NCBI RefSeq assembly: GCF_055900595.2 | Contig: NZ_CM148325.1 | DNA length: 64,000 nt | Direction: 5' to 3' (one strand) | In this document: positions 41,425 to 57,072 of the stretch, piece after piece | Numbering within the stretch: the first letter of the stretch is position 1 | How the letters are laid out: each line of letters begins with the position of its first letter | Made by a program: the position numbers and the translations under genes | The notes under the pieces: generated by a model | What the model saw: the letters and a program-made list of their open reading frames with translations, nothing else | What the model was told of the DNA's origin: nothing | Database searches by the model: none

Positions 41425-41570
41425 TTTTTACCCTTCTGTTTTTTGACCTTAAGTCTCCGCATCTTAGCACAACGTTAATACAGAGCGTGATTTCTGCCGA
41501 GCGTGATCAGATTGGCATTTCTTTAATCTTTTATTTGCATATTTTTAACACAAAATACACACTTCGTCTC

Positions 41571-41589
41571 ATCTGGTACGACCAGATCA
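41571..41589. promoter_or_regulatory. FadR operator in the fadBA promoter
   Basis: ATCTGGTACGACCAGATCA is a palindromic TGGT-N-ACCA core matching the FadR consensus. It lies about 25 nt upstream of the fadB ATG. Confidence 0.8.
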
Positions 41590-41612
41590 CCTTGCGGATT
41601 CAGGAGACTGAC

Positions 41613-43802
41613 ATGCTTTACAAAGGCGACACCCTGTACCTTGACTGGCTGGAAGATGGCATTGCCGAACTGGTATTTGATGCCCCAGGTTCAGTTAATA
41701 AACTCGACACTGCGACCGTCGCCAGCCTCGGCGAGGCCATCGGCGTGCTGGAACAGCAATCAGATTTAAAAGGGCTGCTGCTGCGTTCGAATAAAGCAGC
41801 CTTTATCGTCGGTGCTGATATCACCGAATTCTTGTCCCTGTTCCTCGTTCCTGAAGAACAGTTAAGCCAGTGGCTGCATTTTGCCAATAGCGTGTTTAAT
41901 CGCCTGGAAGATCTGCCGGTGCCGACCATTGCTGCCGTCAACGGCTATGCGCTGGGCGGTGGCTGCGAATGTGTGCTGGCGACCGATTATCGTCTGGCGA
42001 CGCCAGATCTGCGCATCGGTCTGCCGGAAACCAAACTGGGCATCATGCCGGGCTTTGGCGGTTCTGTACGTATGCCACGTATGCTCGGTGCTGATAGTGC
42101 GCTGGAAATCATTGCTGCCGGTAAAGATGTCGGCGCGGATCAGGCGCTGAAAATCGGTCTGGTGGATGGCGTAGTCAAAGCAGAAAAACTGGTTGAAGGC
42201 GCGAAGGCGATTTTACGTCAGGCCATTAACGGCGACCTCGACTGGAAAGCGAAACGTCAGCCGAAGCTGGAACCGCTAAAACTGAGCAAGATTGAAGCCA
42301 CCATGAGCTTCACCATCGCTAAAGGAATGGTCGCACAAACAGCAGGGAAACATTACCCCGCGCCCATCACCGCAGTAAAAACCATTGAAGCGGCTGCCCG
42401 TTTTGGTCGTGAAGAAGCATTAAATCTGGAAAACAAAAGTTTTGTCCCGCTGGCGCATACCAACGAAGCTCGCGCACTGGTCGGCATTTTCCTTAACGAT
42501 CAATATGTAAAAGGCAAAGCGAAGAAACTCACCAAAGACGTTGAAACCCCAAAACAGGCCGCTGTGCTGGGCGCAGGCATTATGGGCGGCGGCATTGCTT
42601 ACCAGTCTGCGTGGAAAGGCGTGCCGGTTGTCATGAAAGATATCAATGACAAGTCGTTAACCCTCGGTATGACTGAAGCCGCAAAACTGCTGAACAAGCA
42701 GCTTGAGCGCGGCAAGATCGACGGTCTGAAACTGGCTGGCGTGATCTCCACGATTCATCCAACGCTCGACTACGCCGGGTTTGACCGCGTGGATGTTGTG
42801 GTAGAAGCGGTTGTCGAAAACCCGAAAGTGAAAAAAGCCGTACTGGCAGAAACCGAGCAGAAAGTACGCCCGGATACCGTGCTGGCGTCTAACACTTCAA
42901 CCATTCCTATCAGCGAACTGGCCAACGCGCTGGAACGTCCGGAAAACTTCTGCGGGATGCACTTCTTTAACCCGGTCCACCGGATGCCGTTGGTAGAAAT
43001 AATTCGCGGCGAGAAAAGCTCCGACGAAACCATCGCGAAAGTCGTCGCCTGGGCGAGCAAGATGGGCAAAACGCCGATTGTGGTTAACGACTGCCCCGGC
43101 TTCTTTGTTAACCGCGTGCTGTTCCCCTATTTCGCCGGTTTCAGCCAGCTGCTGCGCGACGGCGCGGATTTTCGCAAGATCGACAAAGTGATGGAAAAAC
43201 AGTTCGGCTGGCCGATGGGTCCGGCATACTTGCTGGATGTCGTGGGCATTGATACCGCGCATCACGCCCAGGCAGTGATGGCAGCAGGTTTCCCGCAGCG
43301 GATGCAGAAAGATTATCGCGATGCCATCGACGCACTGTTTGATGCCAACCGTTTTGGTCAGAAGAACGGCCTTGGTTTCTGGCGTTATAAAGAAGACAGC
43401 AAAGGTAAGCCGAAGAAAGAAGAAGATGCCGCCGTTGACGACCTGCTGGCAGAAGTCAGCCAGCCGAAGCGCGATTTCAGCGAAGAAGAGATTATCGCCC
43501 GCATGATGATCCCGATGGTCAACGAAGTGGTGCGTTGTCTGGAGGAAGGCATTATCGCCACTCCGGCAGAAGCCGATATGGCACTGGTCTACGGCCTGGG
43601 CTTCCCTCCGTTCCACGGCGGCGCGTTCCGCTGGCTGGACACCCTCGGTAGCGCAAAATACCTCGATATGGCACAACAATATCAGCACCTCGGCCCGCTG
43701 TATGAAGTGCCGGAAGGTCTGCGTAATAAAGCGCGTCATAACGAACCGTACTATCCCCTGGTTGAGCCAGCCCGTCCGGTTGGCGACCTGAAAACGGCTT
43801 AA
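41613..43802 (+). CDS. fadB: fatty acid oxidation complex alpha subunit (enoyl-CoA hydratase / 3-hydroxyacyl-CoA dehydrogenase) FadB
   Basis: The start is set at ATG 41613 ([32 protein letters not shown]) with a CAGGAG RBS, giving 729 aa. The track ORF has a spurious 66-codon upstream extension through the promoter. Confidence 0.97.
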   Translation: MLYKGDTLYLDWLEDGIAELVFDAPGSVNKLDTATVASLGEAIGVLEQQSDLKGLLLRSNKAAFIVGADITEFLSLFLVPEEQLSQWLHFANSVFNRLEDLPVPTIAAVNGYALGGGCECVLATDYRLATPDLRIGLPETKLGIMPGFGGSVRMPRMLGADSALEIIAAGKDVGADQALKIGLVDGVVKAEKLVEGAKAILRQAINGDLDWKAKRQPKLEPLKLSKIEATMSFTIAKGMVAQTAGKHYPAPITAVKTIEAAARFGREEALNLENKSFVPLAHTNEARALVGIFLNDQYVKGKAKKLTKDVETPKQAAVLGAGIMGGGIAYQSAWKGVPVVMKDINDKSLTLGMTEAAKLLNKQLERGKIDGLKLAGVISTIHPTLDYAGFDRVDVVVEAVVENPKVKKAVLAETEQKVRPDTVLASNTSTIPISELANALERPENFCGMHFFNPVHRMPLVEIIRGEKSSDETIAKVVAWASKMGKTPIVVNDCPGFFVNRVLFPYFAGFSQLLRDGADFRKIDKVMEKQFGWPMGPAYLLDVVGIDTAHHAQAVMAAGFPQRMQKDYRDAIDALFDANRFGQKNGLGFWRYKEDSKGKPKKEEDAAVDDLLAEVSQPKRDFSEEEIIARMMIPMVNEVVRCLEEGIIATPAEADMALVYGLGFPPFHGGAFRWLDTLGSAKYLDMAQQYQHLGPLYEVPEGLRNKARHNEPYYPLVEPARPVGDLKTA

Positions 43803-44975
<1,173 letters not shown>

Positions 44976-44982
44976 CCACTTG

Positions 44983-45093
44983 CCGGATGCGGCGTAAACG
45001 CCTTATCCGGTCTACCGATCCTGCGCCCATGTGGGCCTGATAAGACGCGCAAGCGTCGCATCAGGCATCGTGTGCCGAATGCCGGATGCGACA
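44983..45093. repeat. BIME (REP cluster) downstream of fadA
   Basis: GCCGGATGCGGCGTAAACGCCTTATCCGGTCTAC, GCCTGATAAGACGCGCAAGCGTCGCATCAGGC and a partial GCCGGATGCGAC. Confidence 0.85.
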
Positions 45094-45134
45094 TAGATCT
45101 AAATGCCACTGTATAAAGTTTTAGTTGCCGTTCT

Positions 45135-45161
45135 TCCCGCCTGTCAGGGGCGGGTTTTTTA
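45135..45161. terminator. rho-independent terminator between convergent fadA and fre
   Basis: CCCGCC (45136-45141) pairs with GGCGGG (45149-45154), followed by T6 on the plus strand. It lies 5 nt from the fre stop on the other side. Confidence 0.8.
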
Positions 45162-45165
45162 TATC

Positions 45166-45867
45166 TCAGATAAATGCAAACGCATCGCCAAACAGGCGAT
45201 CTTCCCGCGCATTACGCTCACTGCAAAACAGGTCACGGGCAATTTTCGCCATCTCAAAACGTCCGGCAATATAGATATCATGCTCTGCCAGCGTGCCGTG
45301 ATCCTGCAATACCGCCGTTAACACGGTGCCAGTACGCCCACGCCAACCCGCTTCCGGTTGTTCAACCACCGGCACCACTTGCAGACCAGGATGCTTCAGC
45401 GAAAGCGCCTCAAGCTCGGAGAGATCATAAAGATGCTGCTCTTCACGCCCGCCCCAGTAAATGGTGATATCACGGTTTGGGTTACGCGCCAGCGCCGTCA
45501 GCAAAATCGAGCGCGCATAAGAGAACCCGGTGCCACCCGCAATCAAAATCATCGGACGTTCTTCATCATCGCGCAGCCACGCTTCTCCGTGGGGAATATC
45601 GACCACGATTTGATGATCTTTGAGAATACGGTCCATAACGGCTTTCGCGTAAAGGTTAATTTCAGAAGCGCCAATATGCAGCTCGATGAAACCTTTTTCA
45701 TCCGGCGTCGAGGCCATTGAAAACGGACGTTTGTCGCGCTCATCCATCACTACCATCAAATACTGACCAGCACGAAAAGAAAAGGCCGCGTCTGGTACGA
45801 TTCGGACACGGTATACGGTATCCGTGATAGCTTCTACCGAGGTCACTTTACAGCTTAAGGTTGTCAT
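45166..45867 (-). CDS. fre: NAD(P)H-flavin reductase Fre
   Basis: The start is set at ATG 45867 ([26 protein letters not shown]), giving 233 aa. It has the FNR-like motifs RPFSMAS and GGTGFS. Confidence 0.96.
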   Translation of the reverse strand: MTTLSCKVTSVEAITDTVYRVRIVPDAAFSFRAGQYLMVVMDERDKRPFSMASTPDEKGFIELHIGASEINLYAKAVMDRILKDHQIVVDIPHGEAWLRDDEERPMILIAGGTGFSYARSILLTALARNPNRDITIYWGGREEQHLYDLSELEALSLKHPGLQVVPVVEQPEAGWRGRTGTVLTAVLQDHGTLAEHDIYIAGRFEMAKIARDLFCSERNAREDRLFGDAFAFI

Positions 45868-45912
45868 GCGCTTTCTCTGTCGGATCGATAAATAGGGCAA
45901 AACAAACGCGCA

Positions 45913-47406
45913 TCAGGCGCTTTTACCGTTGTTAAAGATGGCCAGTTCATCCCAGATGGCGTCAATATGCGCGACAACATCCGGATCTTTTTTGATGGGA
46001 CGTCCCCATTCACGCTGGGTTTCCCCTGGCCATTTATTCGTGGCATCCAGCCCCATTTTTGAACCCAGCCCGGACACAGGCGAGGCAAAATCCAGATAAT
46101 CAATAGGCGTATTTTCTACCAGAACAGTATCCCGCGCCGGGTCCATACGGGTGGTAATCGCCCAAATCACATCGTTCCAGTCGCGTGCGTTGACGTCATC
46201 ATCGCAAACGATCACAAATTTAGTGTACATAAACTGGCGTAAGAACGACCAGACGCCCATCATGACGCGCTTCGCGTGTCCGGCGTACTGTTTTTTGATC
46301 GTCACTACCGCCAGGCGATAAGAGCAGCCTTCCGGCGGCAGGTAAAAATCGACAATTTCCGGGAACTGTTTTTGCAGAATCGGCACAAACACTTCGTTCA
46401 GTGCGACACCCAGCACCGCAGGTTCATCCGGCGGACGCCCGGTATAGGTGGAATGATAAATCGCATCTTCACGCTGGGTAATATGCGTCACAGTAAATAC
46501 CGGGAAACTATCGACTTCGTTATAGTAACCGGTGTGGTCGCCATACGGCCCTTCCGGCGCCGTTTCACCTTGTTCGATATACCCTTCCAGCACAATCTCC
46601 GCACTGGCGGGCACTTCAAGGTCATTGGAGATACACTTCACCACTTCGGTCTTGGTGCCGCGCAGCAATCCGGCAAACGCATATTCTGAAAGTGTATCCG
46701 GAACGGGCGTTACCGCACCGAGAATCGTGGCGGGATCAGCACCCAGCGCCACAGAAACCGGGAAACGTTCGCCCGGATGCGCCGCGCACCACTCCTGATA
46801 ATCCAGCGCGCCGCCGCGATGCGACAGCCAACGCATAATCAGTTTGTTTTTACCAATCAGCTGCTGGCGATAAATACCCAGATTCTGCCGTTCTTTATTC
46901 GGGCCGCGCGTTACGGTCAGCCCCCAGGTAATCAGCGGCGCGGCATCTTCCGGCCAGCAGGTCATAATGGGAATGCGGTTAAGATCGACGTCATCGCCAG
47001 AGACGATTTTTTGTTGGCAGGGCGCACCACGCAGTCGCTTTGTCGGCATGTTCAATACTTGTTTAAACTGCGGCAGTTTATCAAACAGGTCGCGGAAACC
47101 TTTTGGCGGCTCCGGCTCTTTCAGAAAAGCCAATAATTTACCCACTTCACGCAGCGCCGAAACATCTTCCTGCCCCATGCCCATCGCCACGCGCTTCGGC
47201 GTACCGAACAGGTTGCAAAGCACCGGCATTGAGTACCCTTTAGGGTTTTCGAATAACAGCGCAGGCCCACCGGCACGCAAAGTGCGGTCAGCAATTTCAG
47301 TGATTTCCAGATGCGGATCCACCGGGAGCGTGATACGTTTTAGCTCACCCTGCTGTTCAAGCAGCGTCAGGAAGTCGCGTAAATCGTTATATTTCATGGC
47401 ATCCAT
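45913..47406 (-). CDS. ubiD: 3-octaprenyl-4-hydroxybenzoate decarboxylase UbiD
   Basis: 497-aa ORF starting [41 protein letters not shown]. Confidence 0.97.
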   Translation of the reverse strand: MDAMKYNDLRDFLTLLEQQGELKRITLPVDPHLEITEIADRTLRAGGPALLFENPKGYSMPVLCNLFGTPKRVAMGMGQEDVSALREVGKLLAFLKEPEPPKGFRDLFDKLPQFKQVLNMPTKRLRGAPCQQKIVSGDDVDLNRIPIMTCWPEDAAPLITWGLTVTRGPNKERQNLGIYRQQLIGKNKLIMRWLSHRGGALDYQEWCAAHPGERFPVSVALGADPATILGAVTPVPDTLSEYAFAGLLRGTKTEVVKCISNDLEVPASAEIVLEGYIEQGETAPEGPYGDHTGYYNEVDSFPVFTVTHITQREDAIYHSTYTGRPPDEPAVLGVALNEVFVPILQKQFPEIVDFYLPPEGCSYRLAVVTIKKQYAGHAKRVMMGVWSFLRQFMYTKFVIVCDDDVNARDWNDVIWAITTRMDPARDTVLVENTPIDYLDFASPVSGLGSKMGLDATNKWPGETQREWGRPIKKDPDVVAHIDAIWDELAIFNNGKSA

Positions 47407-47527
47407 TGTAGCCTCTTAATCTGCGCCCATTATACGGCGTTCATCTTTGCGATGCTGTAAATTTGTTAAATTAGCGTGAACTCTGACGGTATAACGCAAA
47501 CCGGGGAATATAATTAACTTAGCGTAA

Positions 47528-48840
<1,313 letters not shown>

Positions 48841-48881
48841 CCTGTACTCCATATGACAACCGCCCTGACGGGCGGTTGAAT

Positions 48882-49658
48882 TTATTCTTCAGTTTTTTCG
48901 CTTTCTGCTTCAGCGTCGTTTTCCTCTTCCCGGTTTCGACCCTTACCAACGTAAAAGCGTGAGAAGAAGACACCGATTTCAAACAGGCAGTACATCGGGA
49001 TCGCCAGCAGCGTTTGCGAGAAGACATCCGGCGGCGTCAGCAGCATCCCGACAACAAATGCGCCAACCAGCACATACGGACGTTTTTTGCGTAAGTCTTC
49101 TGGCGAGGTAATTCCCATCCAGCACAGCAACACAATTGCCACCGGCACTTCAAAGGAGACACCAAACGCCATAAACAGCGCCATAACGAAGCTTAAATAG
49201 CTGGCGATGTCGGTGGATACCTGTACCCCTTCCGGCGCGGTATTGGCAAGGAAGCCAAATGCCAGAGGAAAGACCACAAAGTAGGCGAACGCCATGCCGA
49301 TATAAAACAGCAGAGAGCTGGAAACCAGCAGCGGCACCACCAGGCGACGTTCGTGCTTATACAATGCTGGGGCGATAAACGCCCACACCTGATAGAGAAT
49401 CACCGGCGCTGATAGAATCAGCGACACCATAAAGGTTAGCTTGATCGGCGTAAAGAACGGCGAGGCCACGTCAGTGGCGATCATCGTTGAGCCTTGCGGT
49501 AACTGCTTGATCAATGGCGCGGATACCAGGTGATAGATGTCATTGGCGAAATAGACCAGACACAGGAATATCACGATCACCGCGATAATGCAGTTCAGCA
49601 GACGCTTACGCAGCTCAATCAGATGCGTGATAAGCGGTTGAGTATCTTCTACAGACAT
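48882..49658 (-). CDS. tatC: twin-arginine translocase subunit TatC
   Basis: 258-aa ORF starting [32 protein letters not shown] with 6 TM segments. Confidence 0.97.
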
Positions 49659-49660
49659 GT

Positions 49661-50176
49661 TTACGGTTTATCACTCGACGAAGGGGAAGGTGCAGCGGTT
49701 TTCGGTTCAGCGTCCGCAGCAGGTTTTACCACCGGCTCTGGCGTGGTTTCTGGCTTCTGTTCTGGCGAACTGGCCTGCGTTTGTGCAGCGGCAGGCGTTA
49801 CGCCTTCATGCGCAGCTTCATTATCTTTCACCACCGGATTATGGATGGTGTGCGCTTCATCGCTCGCCTTTTCAGGATCGTTTGCAACGTAGGAACGCTT
49901 CATCGACTCCGCGGCCTGGCGTAGTTCATCCATCGACGCTTTCAGTTCGGGCGTCAGGTTAGTGAGGCTCGCCTTTTCAACCTTTTTCAGGCTGTCCTGA
50001 AACTCCTGGAGTTTTAACTCCTGGGTCAGTTCGTTCTGCACCGTTGTCGCCAGTGAACGCAACGCGCGAATCCAGCCCGCTACCGTTTTTACCGCCACAG
50101 GCAGTCGTTGCGGCCCCAGAACGACGAGGCCGATGATGAACACCAATAGCAGTTCGCTAAAACCGATATCAAACAC
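49661..50176 (-). CDS. tatB: twin-arginine translocase subunit TatB
   Basis: 171-aa ORF starting [40 protein letters not shown]. Confidence 0.97.
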
Positions 50177-50179
50177 GGA

Positions 50180-50449
50180 TTACACCTGCTCTTTATCGTG
50201 GCGCTTTGCGTCTTCTGTTTTAGCCTGTTCCTGATTCGTATCCGCCTGCTTATCGGCGATAGTTTTCGCAGTAAAATCAGCATCCTGACTGGTTTTATCC
50301 TGCTTTGGTTCATCATCGCTCATTGCTTTTTTAAAGCCTTTGATCGACGCACCAAGATCGGAACCGATGGAGCCGAGCTTTTTGGTGCCAAAAAGCAGTA
50401 CAACGATGACGGCAATAATCAATAACTGCCAAATACTGATACCACCCAT
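50180..50449 (-). CDS. tatA: twin-arginine translocase subunit TatA
   Basis: The start is set at ATG 50449 ([33 protein letters not shown]), giving 89 aa; the track ORF has a 14-codon extension. Confidence 0.97.
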   Translation of the reverse strand: MGGISIWQLLIIAVIVVLLFGTKKLGSIGSDLGASIKGFKKAMSDDEPKQDKTSQDADFTAKTIADKQADTNQEQAKTEDAKRHDKEQV

Positions 50450-50527
50450 ACATGTTCCTCTGTGGTAGATGATGATTAAACAAGGCCGCATTATACGTTA
50501 CACGGCCCGCCTTGAGCGATGAAAAAA

Positions 50528-52770
<2,243 letters not shown>

Positions 52771-52783
52771 TTCCGGTCTCCTG

Positions 52784-53539
52784 TCAGAACTTATAACCAC
52801 GATGCAGCGCCACAACCCCTGCCGTCAGGTTGTAATAGTCGACACTTTCGAATCCAGCATCCTGCATCATAGCTTTCAGGGTGTCCTGATCGGGATGCAT
52901 GCGGATAGATTCAGCAAGATAACGGTAGCTGTCAGCGTCGTTCGCGACCAGTGAGCCAATACGCGGCAGCACATGGAAGGAGTAAGCGTCATAGGCCTTA
53001 CTTAACGGCTCGATAATCGGCTTCGAGAACTCAAGCACCAGCAGTCGGCCGCCAGGTTTCAGAACGCGATACATTGAACGCAGAGCTTTATCTTTGTCAG
53101 TGACGTTACGCAGACCAAACGAAATGGTGATGCAATCAAAGGTGTTATCCGGGAACGGCAGCGCCTCAGCGTTCGCCTGAACATACTCAACGTTGCCAAT
53201 CACACCAATATTACGCAGCTTCTCGCGGCCCATTTTGAGCATGGATTCATTGATATCAGCAAGGACCACTTTGCCAGTTTCACCCACCAGGCGGGAGAAT
53301 TTCGCTGTCAGGTCGCCAGTACCGCCTGCCAGATCCAGCACGGTCTGCCCACGGCGTACGCCGCTGCAATCAATCGTGAAGCGTTTCCACAAACGATGTA
53401 TGCCAAAAGACATCAAATCATTCATGACATCGTATTTCGATGCCACGGAATGGAAAACGTGAGCGACCATATCCGCTTTTTGTTCCTTCGCGACGGTCTG
53501 AAAACCAAAGTGCGTCGTTTCTTGTGACTTATCCACCAT
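52784..53539 (-). CDS. ubiE: ubiquinone/menaquinone C-methyltransferase UbiE
   Basis: 251-aa ORF starting [41 protein letters not shown] with the SAM motif [10 protein letters not shown]. Confidence 0.97.
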
Positions 53540-53633
53540 CTCAATGCCTGCTCATCAAAAAATTGTTCCAGAAGTGTAACAGATTGGGCGTCGATGCCCT
53601 AGATTTCTACCCGGCTTAACTACCCCCAATGGG

Positions 53634-55061
53634 CTAGCGCGACTGCTGATTATATTCATCATCGCGTTGATAAGCTTCATCATTCGGCTGCTCCGGAACC
53701 GACCGCAGTCGATACTCTTCATCCTGGCTCACCGCTTGTTCAGCCAAATCCGGATTAATCTCGCGTTTAATTTCTACCCCTAAACCGCGAAACGCTTCTG
53801 CTTGCGCCAGCACATTTCCGCGACCTGAAGAGAGTTTTTTCATTGCCTGACGATAGTTGTCCTGTGCTTTGTCCAGACTTTGACCAATCGCGGACATATC
53901 ATCGACAAACAAGCGCATTTTGTCGTACAACTTGCTGGCGCGATCGGCTATTTTCTGGGCGTTACGACTTTGATGCTCATAGCGCCAGAGGTTGGCGATA
54001 GTGCGCAGCGCCACCAGCAGCGTGGTCGGGCTAACCAGCATGATATTGTTTTTCAACGCTTCGGTGATCAGCTCCGGCTGGCGGTCAAGCGCCAGTAAAA
54101 AAGCGGGTTCAACGGGAATAAACATCAGCACGTAATCCAGGGTTCGCAGCCCCGGCAGCTGTTGATAATCTTTGCGTCCCAGCAAACGGATATGGTTACG
54201 CACCGACGCGATATGTTCCTGTAGCGCGCTTTCGCGGGTGTAGTCGTCTTCTGCGTTGAAATAGCGTTCATAGGCGACCAGCGTCATTTTTGCGTCGATC
54301 ACCACAACTTTGCCCTGCGGCAGCCGCACGATGACATCCGGCTGCATCCGCGAGCGGGCGTCATTTTCGATGCTGACCTGGGTTTCATATTCATACCCTT
54401 CACGCAGACCGGAAGCCTCCAGCACACGCGTCAATACTACCTCGCCCCAGTTGCCCTGGGTTTTATTGTCGCCTTTCAGCGCACGCGTCAGGTTGATCGC
54501 TTCCTGGGCCATTTGCGCGTTGAGCTGCTGGAGATTGCGTATTTCGTGAGTCAGGGTATGGCGTTCTTGTGCTTCTTTACCGAAACTGTCCTGAACCTGA
54601 CGACGAAAACCGTCCAGTTGTTCACGTAGTGGCGACAACAGGCTGTTCAGACTCTGACGGTTTTGCTCATCAACCCGGCGATTGCTGTGCTCGAAAATAC
54701 GGTTGGCGAGGTTTTCAAACTGCTCACTGAGGCGCTGTTCGCTGTTGATCATTTGGCGAATTTTATCGTCAGCATGTTGCTGTACGGCCTCCATTCGCGT
54801 GGTGACCTCACGCAGATCCGCCTCCAGCGAGGTGTTAATGCTTTGCAGACTGCGCACTTCATTATTGAGTAACTCGCACTCAGCACGCCAATGTTCGCTT
54901 TGGGTAATTTGTTGTTTTGCCGCACTTAACTCCGCGACCATCTCTTCACGTTCAGCGAATTGCTCGGCTTTTTGCTGCGCATGCTGATAACTGGCAATCA
55001 GCCAGCCAATCGCCACGCTCACCAACGCAATAACTGCGTAAACCATGATTGAGATATCCAC
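53634..55061 (-). CDS. rmuC: DNA recombination protein RmuC
   Basis: The start is set at GTG 55061 (MDISIMVYAVIALV...) with a GGAGG RBS, giving 475 aa. It has an N-terminal TM segment, a coiled coil and a C-terminal nuclease-like domain. The track ORF extends 31 codons upstream. Confidence 0.93.
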   Translation of the reverse strand: MDISIMVYAVIALVSVAIGWLIASYQHAQQKAEQFAEREEMVAELSAAKQQITQSEHWRAECELLNNEVRSLQSINTSLEADLREVTTRMEAVQQHADDKIRQMINSEQRLSEQFENLANRIFEHSNRRVDEQNRQSLNSLLSPLREQLDGFRRQVQDSFGKEAQERHTLTHEIRNLQQLNAQMAQEAINLTRALKGDNKTQGNWGEVVLTRVLEASGLREGYEYETQVSIENDARSRMQPDVIVRLPQGKVVVIDAKMTLVAYERYFNAEDDYTRESALQEHIASVRNHIRLLGRKDYQQLPGLRTLDYVLMFIPVEPAFLLALDRQPELITEALKNNIMLVSPTTLLVALRTIANLWRYEHQSRNAQKIADRASKLYDKMRLFVDDMSAIGQSLDKAQDNYRQAMKKLSSGRGNVLAQAEAFRGLGVEIKREINPDLAEQAVSQDEEYRLRSVPEQPNDEAYQRDDEYNQQSR

Positions 55062-55178
55062 AACGCCTCCAGCCTCATTACTTACCCGCACAAAATAGAA
55101 TTGTGCTGTACAAACGTCCAGTTTGAAAGAAGTTTCCTGCGAGGCGCTACGCAAAACGATCCTTAATTTTTATTATTT

Positions 55179-55216
55179 TATCCCACAATATGAGACGTAG
55201 TTTATATTGTGGGATA
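55179..55216. promoter_or_regulatory. perfect 13-bp inverted repeat upstream of the IclR-family gene; candidate operator
   Basis: TATCCCACAATAT (55179-55191), a 12-nt spacer, then ATATTGTGGGATA (55204-55216). It lies in an AT-rich region about 60 nt upstream of the regulator ATG. Confidence 0.55.
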
Positions 55217-55276
55217 TATCACCTTTTCCCCACGTCATTATGTGGAACACTTCAGCAATATCATCAGGAGAAACGT

Positions 55277-56044
55277 ATGGCAGATACCTCTTCAACCACC
55301 GCTGGCGCACAAACGTTATTACGCGGGCTGGCGGTTCTTAATGCTGTTTATAACGGCTGCCATGACCTGAAAAGTATCGGCGAGTTCACCGGCACGACCC
55401 GGAGCACAACCCATCGTTTAGTCACCGTTCTGGTGGAACAACGCTACCTGCGCCACGTCCCAACGCAGGGCTACCAACTGGGCGCCAAACTGATCGAATT
55501 CGGTGCCAGAGCACTGGAAAGCACCTCGCTGTACGAAGTTGCGCTGCCCGTTTTGCAGCGTCTGGCCCGTTACACCCTGGACACCGTGCATCTGGGGATC
55601 GTTGAAGGCGGCGAAGTGCTGTATCTGGAGAAGATCAACAGTCAGCGTGGGCTGGAAATGCGCTCACGCCCAGGCCATCGCATGCCACTGGCAATCACCG
55701 GCATCGGCAAGGCATTGATCCTCAACCGAACAGAAGAAGAGTGGCGCACGCTGTTTAAGACCTGTGGTGATGAAACAAAACTGGGCACATTTATTCAGAA
55801 CATGCGTCGTTATGCCGCCAGTGGTTTTGCTTTTGATCTGGAAGAGAACGAGCCGACTATCCGTTGCGTTGCAGCGCCGGTTTACAACGCCCGGGATGAA
55901 ATTGTGGCGGCTATTTCTGTCGCCAGTACCACTACGTATATGTCACTGGCGCGTCTGGAAGAACTGGCACCTTACGTCAAATCCTGTGCAGAAGAGATAT
56001 CCGCTGAACTGGGCTGGGGTAAGCACGTCCACAAAAATAAATAA
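55277..56044 (+). CDS. IclR-family transcriptional regulator
   Basis: The start is set at ATG 55277 (MADTSSTTAGAQTLLRGLAVLNAV) after an AGGAG RBS, giving 255 aa. It has an N-terminal winged HTH (IGEFTGTTRSTTHRLVTVL) and a C-terminal IclR effector domain (PIRCVAAPVY-like: PTIRCVAAPVYN). Confidence 0.88.
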   Translation: MADTSSTTAGAQTLLRGLAVLNAVYNGCHDLKSIGEFTGTTRSTTHRLVTVLVEQRYLRHVPTQGYQLGAKLIEFGARALESTSLYEVALPVLQRLARYTLDTVHLGIVEGGEVLYLEKINSQRGLEMRSRPGHRMPLAITGIGKALILNRTEEEWRTLFKTCGDETKLGTFIQNMRRYAASGFAFDLEENEPTIRCVAAPVYNARDEIVAAISVASTTTYMSLARLEELAPYVKSCAEEISAELGWGKHVHKNK

Positions 56045-56067
56045 ACCATGACTAAAGGAAACGGCTA

Positions 56068-57072
56068 ATGTCGGGAAACACCTCATTTATTGCCCTGGAC
56101 TGGGGAACGTCATCGCTTCGGGCATGGCGTTTTGGCGACTCACCCAATCCACAAGAAAAACGTGAATTCCCGTGGGGGATCATGAAATTACCCTCCCAGG
56201 CAGCAACACGTGAGGACGCTTTCCACGATACGTTTTTACGTGTCTGCGGCGACTGGCTGGCACAATCCCAATGCCCGGTTCTGGCTTGCGGCATGATCGG
56301 CAGTGCGCAAGGGTGGCAACCCGCAGCTTATTTACCTTGCCCGGTCACTCTCGAGGGTCTGGCAAAGCAGTTGACGCCTGTTATCTACCAGCAGCAGACA
56401 ATGCTGCACATCATTCCCGGCGTGATTAAAGAAGGTGAAATGCCCGAAGTGATGCGTGGCGAAGAGACACAAATCTTCGGTGCTATCTCGATGGAACCGG
56501 CCCTGCAAAACGCGATCCGCCAGGGTATGCCTGTGCTGATTGGCTTACCTGGCACACATGCGAAATGGGCGGTAGTTGAAAACAACACCATTACCGATTT
56601 CCGAACCTTTATGACAGGCGAGTTATTTGATGTTTTATCCCGCCATTCGATTCTCGGTGCCACCATGCGTTCGGGAGATGAACCGCACTGGGATGCCTTC
56701 ACCCATGGGCTGAAATCAGCACAAGAGCATCATCAGACCGGATTATTATCGACGCTGTTTTCGACCCGTTCGCGCCTGCTGACCAGTAATCTTACGCCGT
56801 CCTCGCAGGGGGATTACCTTTCAGGATTACTGATAGGCCATGAATTATGCGGTCTGGCATCCAGTTTGCTACGTGATTTACCCGCCACAACACCGATCGC
56901 CTTAATCGGTAGCGCCACTCTGAACAGCCGCTATTCACAAGCATTCAGCCACGTTTTTCCCGACAGACAGCTACACGCCATTCCTAATGCCACTGAACAG
57001 GGGTTATGGCGAATCGCCCACGCTGCCGGGCTACTCTCCACCAACGCCAGGGAATGTACTCATGCCATTTAA
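56068..57072 (+). CDS. 2-dehydro-3-deoxygalactonokinase (DgoK) family sugar-acid kinase
   Basis: 334-aa ORF. It is similar by eye to E. coli DgoK: ALDWGTSSLRAW (vs AIDWGSTNLRAW), VMRGEETQIFGA, PGTHAKW...ITDFRTFMTGELF and LSGLLIGHEL. Confidence 0.85.
   Translation: MSGNTSFIALDWGTSSLRAWRFGDSPNPQEKREFPWGIMKLPSQAATREDAFHDTFLRVCGDWLAQSQCPVLACGMIGSAQGWQPAAYLPCPVTLEGLAKQLTPVIYQQQTMLHIIPGVIKEGEMPEVMRGEETQIFGAISMEPALQNAIRQGMPVLIGLPGTHAKWAVVENNTITDFRTFMTGELFDVLSRHSILGATMRSGDEPHWDAFTHGLKSAQEHHQTGLLSTLFSTRSRLLTSNLTPSSQGDYLSGLLIGHELCGLASSLLRDLPATTPIALIGSATLNSRYSQAFSHVFPDRQLHAIPNATEQGLWRIAHAAGLLSTNARECTHAI

Noticed and set aside
41415-41612. 66-codon N-terminal extension of fadB in the ORF track. Similar upstream extensions occur for glnG (17435), yihI (21489), yihF (28617), yihD (30734), fre (45900), tatA (50491), ubiJ (52815), rmuC (55154), the IclR gene (55190), the aldolase (56987) and ysgA (61887).
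   Set aside because: The extensions run through promoters, operators or upstream genes and lack an RBS. The internal start reproduces the remembered K-12 N-terminus and has a good Shine-Dalgarno sequence.
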